A stretch of DNA of 63,976 nucleotides, the filler included, from Lenisia limosa (taxonomy: Eukaryota; Protista; Breviatea): assembly GCA_001655205.1 (NCBI GenBank). It is 13 parts of 13 records of this genome, joined end to end, with 100 filler letters (N's around TTAATTAATTAA, not from the genome) between each part and the next. Parts side by side here need not be neighbours in the genome. Positions count along the whole stretch, not along the records: positions 21,833 to 40,935 come from LPNZ01009532.1; positions 41,036 to 44,400 come from LPNZ01009885.1; positions 44,501 to 57,110 come from LPNZ01011705.1; 10 more parts are not named here. One strand, written 5' to 3'. The notes under the pieces were generated by a model that worked only from the letters and a program-made list of their open reading frames with translations, made no database searches and had not been told where the DNA came from. Position numbers and translations under genes: made by a program. Below are positions 36,068 through 47,839 of the stretch, piece after piece (the stretch's first letter is position 1; the number at the start of each line of letters is the position of its first letter).

Positions 36068-39000
36068 TTAATGCGCCTTTTTCTTGCCTTTTGTACAACA
36101 CGGGCATTGGGCGCTCTGGTTGGGTGAGAAAAATCGTTTTTTTTTGTGGCTTAATACCCATACCACAGTCTGGAATAGAATAGCCCACCACAAGGCATGA
36201 ATAGAATAGCCCCCCACCCCACCACAAGACATCTCCGATGGTAGGTGTGTCCACAGAAGAAAACAACGGCTTTTTCGGCTGAGACAGTGAAATTGATATC
36301 AACTCAGGGTCATAATGAGGGAGAACCAAAAACACATTGGAGACACCGCTTAACACTTCTATGTACATCCCCCCACCATCATCCTCATGACTTGAGGCTT
36401 TCAGGACGCCAGTGCAGGCCAAACACTCGGGACGAGCCTCAACCACCAGGCCTTTCTGGGGGGTAATAAGGTTTCATTGGTTAAATAAAAGACAATATTT
36501 GGTTGGTATGAACTCATCATTCATCATTATCACCCCCCTTTTCCCAGTCCAAGCACACACCTTTATCATGTCAAAGTGTCGGGTCTGCAGGTTGATGGCA
36601 TCCGCTTCGAGAACATTACGACAGCCAGTACGCTGCAGGCGTGAAAAATGGGCTTATAAAATGAAAGAGCCGCGGATGGACAATGAATAGAACCCAGGAT
36701 GTCAACTCTCTTGGAAAACTTAACGAGTTAAAAACACCCTGACAAATACAGTGCAACCAAATATAAAAGATGCAGCACTCGCTTACCAGTGCGGTTTGGA
36801 GGTTAAAGTCTGAGATGATCTTGCAACTACAGTGTAAGTAATGACCACTTGAAAACTTGGCCATAATTGACGTCAGATCATGTTAGTGGAAAATTAGAAA
36901 GCTAGATATATTACTACTATTACCTCTAACCCCAGAACTTAATAGTTCCAGCCAATTCTGAACAATAGTATCTGTCACCCGTGCCGCCCACAGTTTATCT
37001 CTGAGGCCTGGAATTTCCATCTCGTTGGGGATCTTCTTGATGACGACAGTGGGGTCCACGTGGCCGCCAATATGCTCCAGCAGACCGGCAACAAAGGACG
37101 GTCGCGTCATGGACTCGTTGATTAGGTCCTNNNNNNNNNNNNNNNNNNNNNNNNNNNNNNNNNNNNNNNNNNNNNNNNNNNNNNNNNNNNNNNNNNNNNN
37201 NNNNNNNNNNNNNNNNNNNNNNNNNNNNNNTGGGAGGGTGATGATGATGGGGACTTCAATCCAGTCAAATAAACAGGTAATTAACAATACAACGTCTTAG
37301 GGTTAGAGTGCAAACGAGGGACTTCTGGACTTATGAGATACCCGGCCCACCTCCCAGATTTCATCGTCGTTCTGCTGTTGCGCAAATTGAATGGCCTAAT
37401 TTGTCAAAGGTGAAACAACAACATGCTTTCACTGACTATTTGGGAAAACTTGAGACGGGTATAGAGCAGAAATGATGAAAACATATCAGGATGAAGCTAT
37501 TCCCCTGCCCTGCCCACATGTTCCACAGACTGCTCCTTTTCGATGATCAGATGCAGGGCTTCGTGGCTGCTTCCCATTCGGGCAAGAAGGAACACTGTTT
37601 CAGACACCAAGTCTACGAGGTAAGAACAGTAGATACATGCAATACAAGGAGCAAATGATGTCAACAAATGCTTCAAAAATAACTTGCGACAGCGGTTTAT
37701 CAAATGGATCTGTTAAGCTGAAAAGATGGGGTCTGACCTTTTTCGGTGCATATTTTGTATGCGTCCTCGAGGGAGTAGAACGTGCAGTTTTGGAGGAAGG
37801 GCAGGAGTCGCGGCCTGTCAAAGTCGGCGTAGAGGGTGATCTGCGGGGTTGGTGAATATTGGCACGGGAATGATACATAAAAAAAGGGAGGGGAGGTAGT
37901 TTTGACTTCAAGTGCCAACATGAACAGAGAATTCAGAATTAATCGAAAAAACTATACAAAACGATCAAGTGATTGAAAAAACCGAACAATTGATCTCAAT
38001 TAATTGCACAGATAAACCCCCGTAAGAACCCTGCCCACCATCATTAATGAGAAGTCGGCGGTGAGGTGCTGGTCCTTGAGGAAGAGGTTGTGGAGGTAGT
38101 GGAAACATTGCTGCGGCCGCGAGCTCAGCTGCTGCACCACTGTGGACGGCTGCGGGGTAAAATGGGAAAATTGAGGAAACAAAAAACTAAGGCTGAGGCT
38201 GAGGAGAAGGGGGGGGGGNNNNNNNNNNNNNNNNNNNNNNNNNNNNNNNNNNNNNNNNNNNNNNNNNNNNNNNNNNNNNNNNNNNNNNNNNNNNNNNNNN
38301 NNNNNNNNNNNNNNNNNNNNNNNNNNNNNNNNNNNNNNNNNNNNNNNNNNNNNNNNNNNNNNNNNNNNNNNNNNNNNNNNNNNNNNNNNNNNNGGTGTAC
38401 TGGATAAGGAGGCTGGTTGCAAGTTGTTCGTCAAAGGCGTCATACAAAAGGCATATCTGGAGGGGGGGTCAGCAGGGGAAAATAGTGGTCGAATTTCCCC
38501 TCTGTGTTGCTATCAAGGCTGATACAATTAAAGTAAAATAGGAAGTATGATACCGTGTGTAAAATAGGAAGGTATGGTACCGTCAGTAAAATAGGAATGT
38601 ATGGTACCGTCAGCTTAAATTGAAAGAAAAAGAAACATATGATCATTTAGAAGCTATATGACACTCCCATCCACCTTATCCTTGACCACTCTAAATAGAT
38701 CCTTCTCCTTGATAAGGTCCAAGGCGCGTGGCATGTGCATCCGTAGGTACAGTCCAAGCGCCCTTTCATCTTCGTGGTTGTTCACATATCTAAGGGGGTA
38801 ACCGGCGGCCTTGTTGAACTGAGGATAGGAGTAGCCTTGATCTCCTCTGCTCACAGTTTGGCCAGGGCTCTGAGTAGGATCTGCGGAGGACCAACTTCTG
38901 AGTGGGTGTTGCGGATTAAGTCATGAACCTAGAGAGGGGGGGGGGGGAGNNNNNNNNNNNNNNNNNNNNNNNNNNNNNNNNNNNNNNNNNNNNNNNNNNN

Positions 39001-40935
39001 NNNNNNNNNNNNNNNNNNNNNNNNNNNNNNNNNNNNNNNNNNNNNNNNNNNNNNNNNNNNNNNNNNNNNNNNNNNNNNNNNNNNNNNNNNNNNNNNNNNN
39101 NNNNNNNNNNNNNNNNNNNNNNATGATTCCACCAAAGCAGCAAAAAGATCGTAATCACTCCTAAAGGTTGACTAATAGAGTTTTTGACATATTCAAAAAC
39201 TATAAAATAATATCTATAATTGTGCTGTAAATATGACCAATACTCCAAATTTAAACGCATTCCTTGTATGAACCTTTCATACTGGAGCAGTATAGACAAA
39301 ACGGTACTGTACGTGTCATTAGGGAGCCGAGGAGCATCTTGGGGTAGTCGAGGGCTACATTCAGTGAGCAATAAGGAGTATTTCGTTGATAATGCCAAAA
39401 GATGGGGTTTTAACAGAAGACAGGATATTGGCATAGACAGGATACAGGACGTAAGGGCCGAAACTCACGCGAGATAGGCCACAAGGCCTTGGTCACAGAA
39501 CAATCTCGTGAAATACGCCCAGCTTTCGGCGTCGCTGCCACATGCGTCAAACAGTAGGTCGGAAGCCTTTTCAAACTCTCGGTTGCCGAGGCAGAAGTTG
39601 ACGTATTGTTGGCCAACGGTACGCGTGCTGTTGATGCGCAATTCGCGTCCACGTGTACGCACAATCTTTAGCGCTGCTTCGAAGCTGCGGCATGAGGACA
39701 GATGGGGATGGCGGTGTTTCAGAGCCAAAAAAAATATGCATTAATATTGGGAAGCAAAATAAATACATAGGGGGTGGGTGTGTTGGATAGTAATACAGTA
39801 TTATCCTGAATAGACAACAACATCCTCAAATTGGGTCGTGTTGCCAGGTAAGGACGTCAACCCCCCCCCCCCACTCATAGTGGCGTATGAGCCACTTGAC
39901 GTGATCGTCCAATGTCCGCTCGCGAGCCAGAATGATCTCCACAGGCGAAACAATGAAGTAGTGTTTGTCGCTGCTCACAGAGTACCGCAGCTGGTAGTGG
40001 TTCGGGTCAATGGTCTCGTATCCTAGGGGGATTAATGGCGGATAATGAGGGGATAATACACCGGTCAGTATTCAATGCTTAAATAGACTTCATTCTTTGA
40101 CTCCATGCTTCTGGAACAAAAAAAAGTTGAATCTGGCTAAGGCGAAAAAGAACACTACCACAGGGATATGATCTTCAATAATCGGAAAGAAAATAAAAAT
40201 TGCATTCAACAACTCAGAGTGAGTATAGTTGTATCCCTTTTGACAGTTCCTTTCAGTTCTCAAAGCCCCATTTCCCACTGTCGATAGTCAGTGATTCGGC
40301 ACTGAGCTCCTCACCCGCGATCGTCATCATCCGCAACTCGGGTCGCTCAAACTGCGGAATGCAGATTAGTGGAAAGGAGAATACTGTTGGAATAGGACTG
40401 CTATCAAACTATACCCCTCATACCCCGCCGTCCTCATCTTTTTCCTTTGAGCAGCAGAGTACGAGAATGTTGTCATCGAAAGGCGCCACTCCGCTAATCC
40501 AACAGTCCATTACGAACCTGGACTGTGACTGAAATCTGGCAAACAAAAGGGGGGGTTTTGCCAATATCTGATCACTGATGGAAACGGAATGACACCATAT
40601 CGGTTCATCCCAGATAAGCTGAACTTAGTCGTGCTTTTTATTCTCCTTATTTGCTTATTCTGGATCCAAATTGTATTTGTTATCTGATGTACACGCCTCC
40701 AAACAAGCCCCTCAAACCCCTTGGTGATCTCCACGAATTTGACTGGAACAGAAGACAGGGTATCAGAGTGCTCCTACAAATGGAGTTAAGGAACTACCTT
40801 GTCCTTTTGTAAATAAAGCAGACCGTTGCCCATCGTTTGCTTGACAGCCCCCCCCCCCCACTTTCACAACAGCCTTGATGATGGTGTCACCCCAGGCAAT
40901 GAGCAAGTTTGTTGCGGACTCCCAAACAAGATGGC
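36068..40935 (-). CDS. VPS41: Vacuolar protein sorting 41 (HOPS subunit), 5'-truncated by scaffold end
   Basis: Exons give CHLVWESATNLLIAWGD; ISGVAPF; YFIVSPVEIILARERTLDDHVKWL; VGQQYV; LYADFDRPRLLPFLQ; ETVFLLARMG; AIQFAQQQNDDEIWE|DLINESMTRPSFVAGLLEHIGGHVDPTVVIKKIPNEMEIPGLRDKL; and a C-terminal RING-H2 (CLAC...VVFFCGHTYHRRCL...CPCC), ending at TAA 36068-36070. Confidence 0.93.
38533..38613. repeat. 26-27-bp minisatellite x3 in a VPS41 intron
   Basis: Unit GTAAAATAGGAA(N)GTATG(G/A)TACCGT(CA/GT). Confidence 0.85.
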
Positions 40936-41917
40936 NNNNNNNNNNNNNNNNNNNNNNNNNNNNNNNNNNNNNNNNNNNNTTAATTAATTAANNNNNNNNN
41001 NNNNNNNNNNNNNNNNNNNNNNNNNNNNNNNNNNNAAAGTGCCCACACTCATGTGGGTGCCCACACTCATGTGCCTCCACCTATATATATATATATATAT
41101 ATTATACTCTTAGATTTGATATGATATGATATTTAAATACTAAACAAGTCTCACTAACTCCCAGTCCTCACGAATATCCCTGCTGGACAGCCATGATCTG
41201 CAATCGGCCTTCCAGAACCCTCCCCCAGGTTCTTATGTTATTCAAAAGTTCATCAAAGCTTCTGTATGACGTGGAACACTTTTTCCAGATAATTTCTGTG
41301 TTTTTTCAGGAAAACTACTGGATAAACGGGAAAATCCCGAATCCAGTGTTTTCCAATCGAATTCCATATGCTGGAAAAACTCTCTTTTTTGGGCTTTTCT
41401 ACCTATTGAAAAATTGACAAAAATTACAATTTTTAATTGTATTAAAAAAAAGACCACTCTCATTCCTTTTTATTTATTAAATAGCTAAAAATAACACCAT
41501 TTTTCAGATGGTTTTTGGGTAGAATACATTTCCAGAGCTTCACTTTCGCTTTGAAAAGACATCTAAAATGTTGATCTTTCTCGATATTTTTCAGGTTTTT
41601 AGGTTATATCGAATTTTTGAATTTATCTCTTGTTTGCTAGTATTTCATGGAGGACACGGTCATGTTTATATCCTCCCTTAATTGCCTTAGAAATCAACTG
41701 TATTGCTTATTTCCCCTTTGATTTCTTAGGGAAACAAGCCTCACGTTATACGGGCAGTGTGGAGGAGGGGAAATGTCCCATCGGTGGCCTATATTGTTAC
41801 TAATTCAGTGGGGGAGGGGGGTACTGTAAGGGAGGGATTTAAGGGGATCCCTGTTGTTTGTTTTTTTTTGTTTTTCATATTTCAGAATTATCTCTAATCC
41901 CATCACAGAAACCAAAG

Positions 41918-43590
41918 AACGCCATTGTATCGTTCGGCTCTAATCCCCCCAGAAACGCTATGACGACACTTCCGAGACCGACATTCGTCTGAGATACTGC
42001 ACCACCTCGTGTGACGGTTCTCGATCCCAGATCTTTACCGGCACGGGTGGGTGGGGTATTTCTATTGTTAATATGGTCTATGTAGGACTAAATATTGCAA
42101 TAACAACACCCACTGACATAATATACCTAGGGCTTCACTTTGGTTCGAAAAAAGACTGAATTTCTCGATAAATCCTCGAGAACTATTCTCCCAGATTTTT
42201 TCGAACCGAAGTGAAGCCCTAAGTATACCATACCCAGAATACCCCCTAATTAATTGGCATACATTAGTCTATATTCGTGGGATCCCTGGAGATCCTTAAC
42301 TCTTAGTAAAAAACACAAATCAGTTTTCGTACACGTTCTTCATATATTTCCTTGGGCTTCCCTTCGTTAAGAAAAAGACCGGTAAATTGTCGAGAGTTTT
42401 CGAGTATTTCTATTAAATTCAGTCTTTTTTTGAACCAAAGTGAAGCGCTAAATATAAGCTCCTGCTTAACTTCGCCCCACCCCCCTCCAAACTAATTCAT
42501 ATAGGGACAGCCATGGCCGAAGTAATCGGTTTAACGAAGGAAATTGTCAGGTAAGTTCAGGGGTGTGATATGGGTTTCTTCGAGGAATTATTGGGAATTT
42601 TCGGGCAGTTTTCCAAGATTTTATCAAAGATTTTTCGAGGAATTATCCTTTCAGATTTGTTGAGAGTCGAAGCACCCCCAGATTGGAATTTGAGACTCTC
42701 GTAGCCGATTTTATCAAAAGTTGGGTGGATGGTCATGGATTGGGGTTGGGGCTTCACTTCGGTTCGAAAAAGACCGGTAAAATAAATATCGATAGTTTTC
42801 GAGGATTTATCGAGAAATTCAGTCTTTTTGAACCGAAGTGAAGCCCTGTATATATACATACATACTATATACATATCGATATAAGTTGCCGCTTTTAATA
42901 AAAAAGTTGGGGGAGGGTTACTTATACAAGAAGGCGATTTTATATCAATTTGGGGAATGGGGAATAAAGGTTGTTGTCTCACCTCTTCCCATAAAGTCTT
43001 CTTTCACGTACTCCCAAATTCACAATCTGAAATTTTGCTATTTTCACCCCCCCCCCCCAATTGGCTTNNNNNNNNNNNNNNNNNNNNNNNNNNNNNNNNN
43101 NNNNNNNNNNNNNNNNNNNNNNNNNNNNNNNNNNNNNNNNNNNNNNNNNNNNNNNTTTATTTCCGGATTTCATCGCTTCAGCTGATGCGGGTGCCCATAT
43201 ACTGCTCCAGGTATGGGGGAGGGGGGAGTGTTGTGTATGGGTGGCGTGGATAAGGGTATAAAGGGTGAGTTACCTTTTTTCTCATATTTAGTATTTCACT
43301 CCATTGTTTGTTGTTGGTGTATCATCACCGTGTGTTGTCAGCCAAAAGTTGATTCGGCTTCTTTGTTTCATAAATTTTCCAATTTACTCCCCCCCCCCCC
43401 TCCCGCAGGTAAAGTACTTTANNNNNNNNNNNNNNNNNNNNNNNNNNNNNNNNNNNNNNNNNNNNNNNNNNNNNNNNNNNNNNNNNNNNNNNNNNNNNNN
43501 NNNNNNNNNNNNNNNNNNNNNNNNNNNNNNNNTAGCCAATTTGCCGTCTTCTTACGCGGTCTCCCTGATCTCTTCTGCGAGTATTGCTGG
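41918..43590 (+). CDS. Fragmentary multi-exon hypothetical gene
   Basis: Several short GC-richer blocks bounded by C-rich AG acceptors and GT(A/G)GGGG donors (~42046, 42551, 43211, 43590). Reading frames not resolved. Confidence 0.3.
42128..42221. mobile_element. Family A MITE, 7/8 TSD
   Basis: TAGGGCTTCACTTTGGTTCGAAAA...TTTTCGAACCGAAGTGAAGCCCTA; flanks AATATACC/AGTATACC. Two more copies in the opposite internal orientation at 42352-42450 and 42747-42848. Confidence 0.85.
43327..43408 (+). repeat. Family D: ~80-bp intronic repeat ending at the 3' splice site
   Basis: Sense consensus (CCCTC)GTGTGTTGTCAGCCAACAGAGTTGATTTTGGGCTTTTTTGTTTCATAAATTTTCCAATTTAC(T)CCCCCC..AG; about 18 full or partial copies (see findings). 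Confidence 0.85.
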
Positions 43591-43687
43591 TAGGGGGGGA
43601 GGGGTAATGTACAGTGATGGGATTTTCCTTGGGAGTTCATGTAGGAAAACGGTCAGGACTTATCCCGGTCAGTGAATATCATTAGCA

Positions 43688-43818
43688 ACTGCTGGGGAGG
43701 CACGCAGAAAGTTGTGTGCAGAGTTGTAATGCATGATTGGGTGAATTAATCCAATATCTCGTATAAGCGTGATGGTGGCTTCGGCCAGATACAACCTTAT
43801 ATTTTTATTTCTCATTTC
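43688..43818 (+). repeat. Family B: ~140-bp non-TIR interspersed repeat containing GGC-TTCG-GCC
   Basis: Consensus TGCTGGGGAGGCACGCAGAAAG...GGGTGAATTAAT...ATAAGCGTGATGGTG(TGGAC)GGCTTCGGCCAGATACAACCTT...TTTATTTCTCAT. Long copies at 84-228 (+), 29600-29732 (-) and 54176-54325 (-); partial copies at 13760, 21685, 27245, 43945, 57243, 58215, 61645, 62280 and 63175. Confidence 0.85.
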
Positions 43819-46800
43819 TATATATTATACATGTGATATTAAATCCCAAATATATCCTCATTAAATCCTAAACACATCTTAAATCATTCAATCCACGATA
43901 AATATTACTGATTACAATCTTGTACAATTCAAATTATCCCTAACGTGTTCGGCCAGATACAACCTTTTTTGTTTCTCATCTCTTAAAATAATAGTTCCTG
44001 ATCTTTCAGCGCACAAACCCGGTTTGTCCCCCACCCCCGCCCATTCGACTGCAGTATCCCCGCGCCATTCCNNNNNNNNNNNNNNNNNNNNNNNNNNNNN
44101 NNNNNNNNNNNNNNNNNNNNNNNNNNNNNNNNNNNNNNNNNNNNNNNNNNNNNNNNNNNNNNNNNNNNNNNNNNNNNNNNNNNNNNNNNNNNNNNNNNNN
44201 NNNNNNNNNNNNNNNNNNNNNNNNNNNNNNNNNNNNNNNNNNNNNNNNNNNNNNNNNNNNNNNNNNNAACTATTGATGTTTTCCCGCGTTTTTTCGAACC
44301 GAAGTGAAGCCCTAGTTGTCAGGTTTTGAAATTATGTTTCATCCATCCCTCATGTGTTTCCCAAAAATTGCTAACAGAGTTGATCCGGGCTTTTTTTATT
44401 NNNNNNNNNNNNNNNNNNNNNNNNNNNNNNNNNNNNNNNNNNNNTTAATTAATTAANNNNNNNNNNNNNNNNNNNNNNNNNNNNNNNNNNNNNNNNNNNN
44501 TCCTTTGCCATAAAAATTGGGCGGGATGCTTACGTTCTACAAACAAGCTGACTTTACTACTTTGTCTATAGTTAACAATGCTTACTTGAAGATTTATTGC
44601 ACATACTTTGTCTATTAGGATACTCCCCTATTTTGCTTATGAGGAGTTTCTCAATAAAGCCTACTTTGCCTGTGCGGCGGCGGAGCGGGTCGCCTTGGCG
44701 GAGGCGGGCGATTGGGGCGTGACATCCTGTAAGGTGAGTATNNNNNNNNNNNNNNNNNNNNNNNNNNNNNNNNNNNNNNNNNNNNNNNNNNNNNNNNNNN
44801 NNNNNNNNNNNNNNNNNNNNNNNNNNNNNNNNNNNNNNNNNNNNNNNNNNNNNNNNNNNNNNNNNNNNNNNNNNNNNNNNATCATACCAAATAAATACTT
44901 AGGGGATACAAAAAAACTATAAACGGGGGAAATCTGAGAGATATCAATGTTCTGTTTTCAAATAGCACTGCCAACAAGTGAAAAGATTGACAAAGCAAAT
45001 GATTTGAATGGAGGTGAAAGATGAATTTGATTTGAAAAGGTGATAAGTTTGATAAAAGGTAAATATTGATTTGAAAAGGTGGAGAGATGCTTTGAAAAAA
45101 AAGGTTTGAAACAGTATGAAGGTGAACAGATTTGCCAAGAAAGATGGAACAATTGGAAAAGGTTTGTTTGAAACTAGGTGAAAAGATTGGATTGGAAAAG
45201 ATTGGATTGGATAAAGGGTGAAGTATGTTTGAGGGAGCTTTGACCATATAACATCAAAAGCAAATGGCTTTATCAACTAATAAAATGTCGCCCTTTTTCA
45301 GGCTGTTTCATCACATCCAGCACCAATTGAATAATAGCCAGGTGGAAGAAGAAGAAAAACTCCAACCCAGAAGCAAACCTTACAAACAGCCCCTAAGTGT
45401 TTAGTGAAGGTCTCAAAGCAGCTAGTAAAGGTACGAGGGGGTCAGGGAGAACGTTAAACCGACACAGTACGATTTGTCTTTACTTTTCCTGTATTCTTTC
45501 CCTTTAAATATGCAGTAGTAGCTCTGTACAGCTTATTTTTCACTTATTTTTCCAATTCTTTCAGGATCAAGAATTTTTCTGCAGTTTGTATAAATACCGC
45601 AGGTTTGCTGTCTGTTTGTCATTTGATTTTGTTGTGACATTCAACTGTTATGAGACTTTATTGTAACTAACAGATCATAATTCAATTTGAATTATCAGTA
45701 AAATACCAAATATACGTACTGTGCTTACCGCTGTTTAGTTTTAAGGGTCGGTATAGTGTCCTTCCTGACTATACTTGGTGAAACTAATTAAGTTAGATGG
45801 AATTATAACTTATCCCGCTGTGATAAAGTCGATTTTGTTCTTCTCAACCGCTTACTCGATTTGGTGGAGGTTTCATATGGGGAAATGATGAATAGAAGGT
45901 CTTTTAATTATCAGTAGTTTCGTAGTATTGTATCTTGTATCTTTTAGTATTTGATATACGAATGACACTATGTATATCAATTTCAAAATTTCAATAATGT
46001 TCAGTATTATTATAGTTTTCAATTCTTGATTGCATTGTACAATTACAGTGTTCCGGGCGATAAATAAGCATTAATATTGTGTTAATAGTAAATCTAATAT
46101 TAGTATTAATATAGTATTTCTTGAAGCAAAAAAGGCATATGAATTAATATTGTCTTTGCCCAGAGCTCTAATAATAACTCTATTTGCCGTTTGTCTGTTG
46201 CCAATCATTCAACTCCATTCCAAACTGTACCGAATAATCCTAGCTAAAACATCGCACCCCTTACAACAAACACTTTAATCATTCGTCTAGTTGGACTGGG
46301 GCAAAATGCCGAAAGATGCAACAAAACAGCAAGAGATGATCTGTCGGTTTTCACGGGCAATTCAAAATGTCTCCCGTTGCTCGGTTCCAGTTCGTGGGTG
46401 CATGAATTTTGTGAAAAATGAATTTCCAGGTTTATTTAATAATTCGCATTAGTTTATATATTTTATTCACACGAGATAACTCTCACGTGTATGATTCGAT
46501 TCAACAATAATATAACATATCATATACTATGTTTGTTAGTGCAATTAATTAAAATTTGAAGTGAGACATACTAGTATATTGTAAATTGAAATTTCACACA
46601 TCAAATTTTGTCTCCCATTCTACAGTTGTAGCATACTATAAAACATAAACAGATACTACAATACCAGCTCCTCTTTATGTTCTACGATTAATATTCTTAC
46701 ATTACAGGAAGCTAAGGGATTCAAACAAGATCATCTTTTGGCTTTTGTAATCCTACACCTTCGTCATTTCCATCAACTTCTTCCTTTGCCTGATTGTAAG

Positions 46801-47127
46801 GGTTGTCACCTTAAAACACTATTGACTCGTGAATGCCATGTAATTACAAGAAAATTTGAAGACATTTATGGTATTTCCAAATACTAAAGTGGAATCCAAA
46901 GCCGAGACGCCGGCCACTATTCTCTTATAATTTATCATTTCTTCAGAGTGAAAGTCATAATAACTTTCTCAGTTATACTGATCTGAATATATAATCCACC
47001 TCTATCGTGCCTCTTCGGCCAGATACTTACTCCCTCAATAAATATATAGTATATGATATATGATATAGCTAAGTGATAAATAATATATGATATGCATATC
47101 ATAGAGAATAGCTATACAAAATGAGCA

Positions 47128-47839
47128 TTGGGTATCAACTACTGCAAAGCAAATAATCGTTTAGTTGAGTACGTCAATGATAACCCCGTATTCTTTGTTG
47201 CTCCAAAGGAGTACTTCCTACAATGCTGGCCGCCTGCATTCCGAAAGGACGAAAGCCGATCAAGCAAATCCGGCGAATTTGTTGAGGCCAAGTCGACCCT
47301 TCATTTCAAAGCCGGACCAAACAAGCAGCTGAGGTAAGATTTTGGAAAGCAGGCTGTCGTTTGCATTATCAATGAAGTGAAGGCAAGTTTATAACATTTT
47401 CCAAATGTAGGGTTTTAAATAAATACGTGGGGGAAACAAATTATCATGCAATAGCTGGCTTCATAAGTACACTTGTATTCAATGACTAACTCACAATTAT
47501 AACTATTTATATTATTTTTAAAGCGTGGAGGGCTCAATTAGAGCTTCACTTTCGGTTCAAAATACATATACAATATCGATATTTATCGAGGATTTATCAA
47601 CTTGACTTTCAACAAAAGTAAAGCTCTGCTAAATATCAATTAGTACTATTCACATTTTGGCAAACCTTACCTTCCTCCCATGCCTATGACGATTTAGCAA
47701 TTATGACATTAACCTGCTTAGGCAGTACCTGTCTTCAGACCCTAATGAACCCCTACGTCTCTACTCACTCCACCAACTGGTTGTACCTCCCAACCGTAAG
47801 GGACCAAAAATGTTCGTCTTTGTTCCACAAGGCCAGTGA
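47128..47839 (+). CDS. 3' part of a hypothetical protein (two exons)
   Basis: ...STLHFKAGPNKQL|RQYLSSDPNEPLRLYSLHQLVVPPNRKGPKMFVFVPQGQ-stop, joined in phase across a GTAAGA...TTAG intron that contains a family-A MITE. Confidence 0.45.

Noticed and set aside
40510-40740. Apparent non-canonical (GG) donor in VPS41 after VEITK
   Set aside because: A canonical phase-2 junction (AAG GG|GTTTGA...CCAG|G TTC) restores the frame as VEITKGFVMDCWISGVAP.
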